Of a DNA stretch of 64,000 nucleotides, positions 63,111-64,000 are shown in pieces; position 1 is the stretch's first letter; the number at the start of each line of letters is the position of its first letter. Source of the DNA: the human T2T-CHM13v2.0 reference genome, Homo sapiens. Both the position numbers and the translations under genes were made by a program. The notes under the pieces were generated by a model, which worked only from the letters and a program-made list of their open reading frames with translations, searched no databases and had not been told where the DNA came from. The DNA is taken from assembly GCF_009914755.1 (NCBI RefSeq), contig NC_060932.1, one strand, 5' to 3'.

Positions 63111-63690
63111 ATAAACAGAGAGCCCATCTAGAGTTGCAAATGGAAGCCATCCAGCACAATATTGCAGGACATAAATCAACCATATTAGGATAAACGTTAA
63201 TGGGGCGGGGGTGGGGGAGTGGAAAGGGAGTGGGAACTTGGAATGTAAAAGAGCATAGAAAACAAGAAGCTGTTTGCACGAATGTTGAGGATAATCGTGT
63301 CTTAAATGGAGGAGTCTAATTAACTCAGCTCTCAACTCTGAGGTCGAAAAGAGAAAGCAAATCTGATGTTTGCTAGAAAGGCAGCAACCATACTAAAGAA
63401 GTCTTTGCAAAACATCTTTTCCCCCCATACTGTTTGTGTTGCAATTCAGACCTTCCCATCTGAACCCCGGGCTGGAGAGAGAATTGAGTCCTTGTGTGAA
63501 AGAATGGGTTGGCCACAGGAAGGGGCCCAGGGTGAGCTCCGTTAGATGAAAAACAAAAGCAGAAATGTGTGTGTGGGCAGGAGAGTGGGTCTCAGGAGTG
63601 TATTTAAAAATTTGTATTTATCAAGAAAGAGGAAGAGAAGGCATGTAGGCAATTAGGAAGGGATGATGCTTTTCTTATAAAAAAGAAGGG

Positions 63691-63718
<28 letters not shown>
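63691..63718. repeat. (GT)14 microsatellite
   Basis: Read directly. Confidence 0.95.
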
Positions 63719-63721
<3 letters not shown>

Positions 63722-63798
63722 CATATGCAAAGAAAAATGTCTGACAGGCAAAACGTCAAAATATGAATGGTTTTGGATTATGAAGAGTTGTGTTTATT

Positions 63799-63902
63799 TA
63801 TTTTATCTGCTTTCCTGCATTTTCTACTTTTTATAAAGTAAACCTGTTATTATATATTTTATCTGCTTTCCTGTATTTCCTACTTTTTATAAAGTAAACC
63901 TG
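63799..63902. repeat. Tandem duplication with ~56-bp period in an old L1 3' end
   Basis: tattttatctgctttcctg(c/t)attt(t/c)ctactttttataaagtaaacctg occurs twice. Confidence 0.9.
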
Positions 63903-64000
63903 AGTTATTTATGCAATAAGAAAGGATTTAAGCAAAAAAGGTAGTAATATCTATGCAAAACACTCATAGCCAAGAAGACCGATGTTGTCTTACAGCTGTG

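Overview
Primate (human-like) genomic DNA, not microbial. The only recognisable coding sequence is the first coding exon of MTSS1 (minus strand, 943-1014, MEAVIEKECSALGGLFQTIISDMK, followed by a GT donor). It lies in a CpG island covering the first ~2.1 kb, with a long 5' leader holding two overlapping upstream ORFs. The other ~62 kb is upstream intergenic DNA made mostly of Alu, L1, MIR, LTR (THE1, MST, MLT1/2, LTR10) and DNA-transposon (Tigger, MER58A, MER20, MER5, MER63, Made1) relics. I found no new gene system, and the other ORFs are repeat- or GC-derived. The most interesting signals are mutational fossils: (1) local template-switch events at 9.9-26 kb, including a templated insertion in an Alu copied from a G4-containing donor, a ~2 kb tandem duplication with microsatellite breakpoints, and an inverted L1/Alu junction copy fused to an apparent poly(A)-tailed retrocopy; (2) a tailless tRNA-Glu 5'-half retropseudogene with target-site duplication; (3) a poly(A)-only insertion; (4) a possibly APOBEC3-hypermutated LTR10 solo LTR; (5) a 46-bp VNTR. 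Repeat subfamily names come from recalled consensus sequences and boundaries are approximate.
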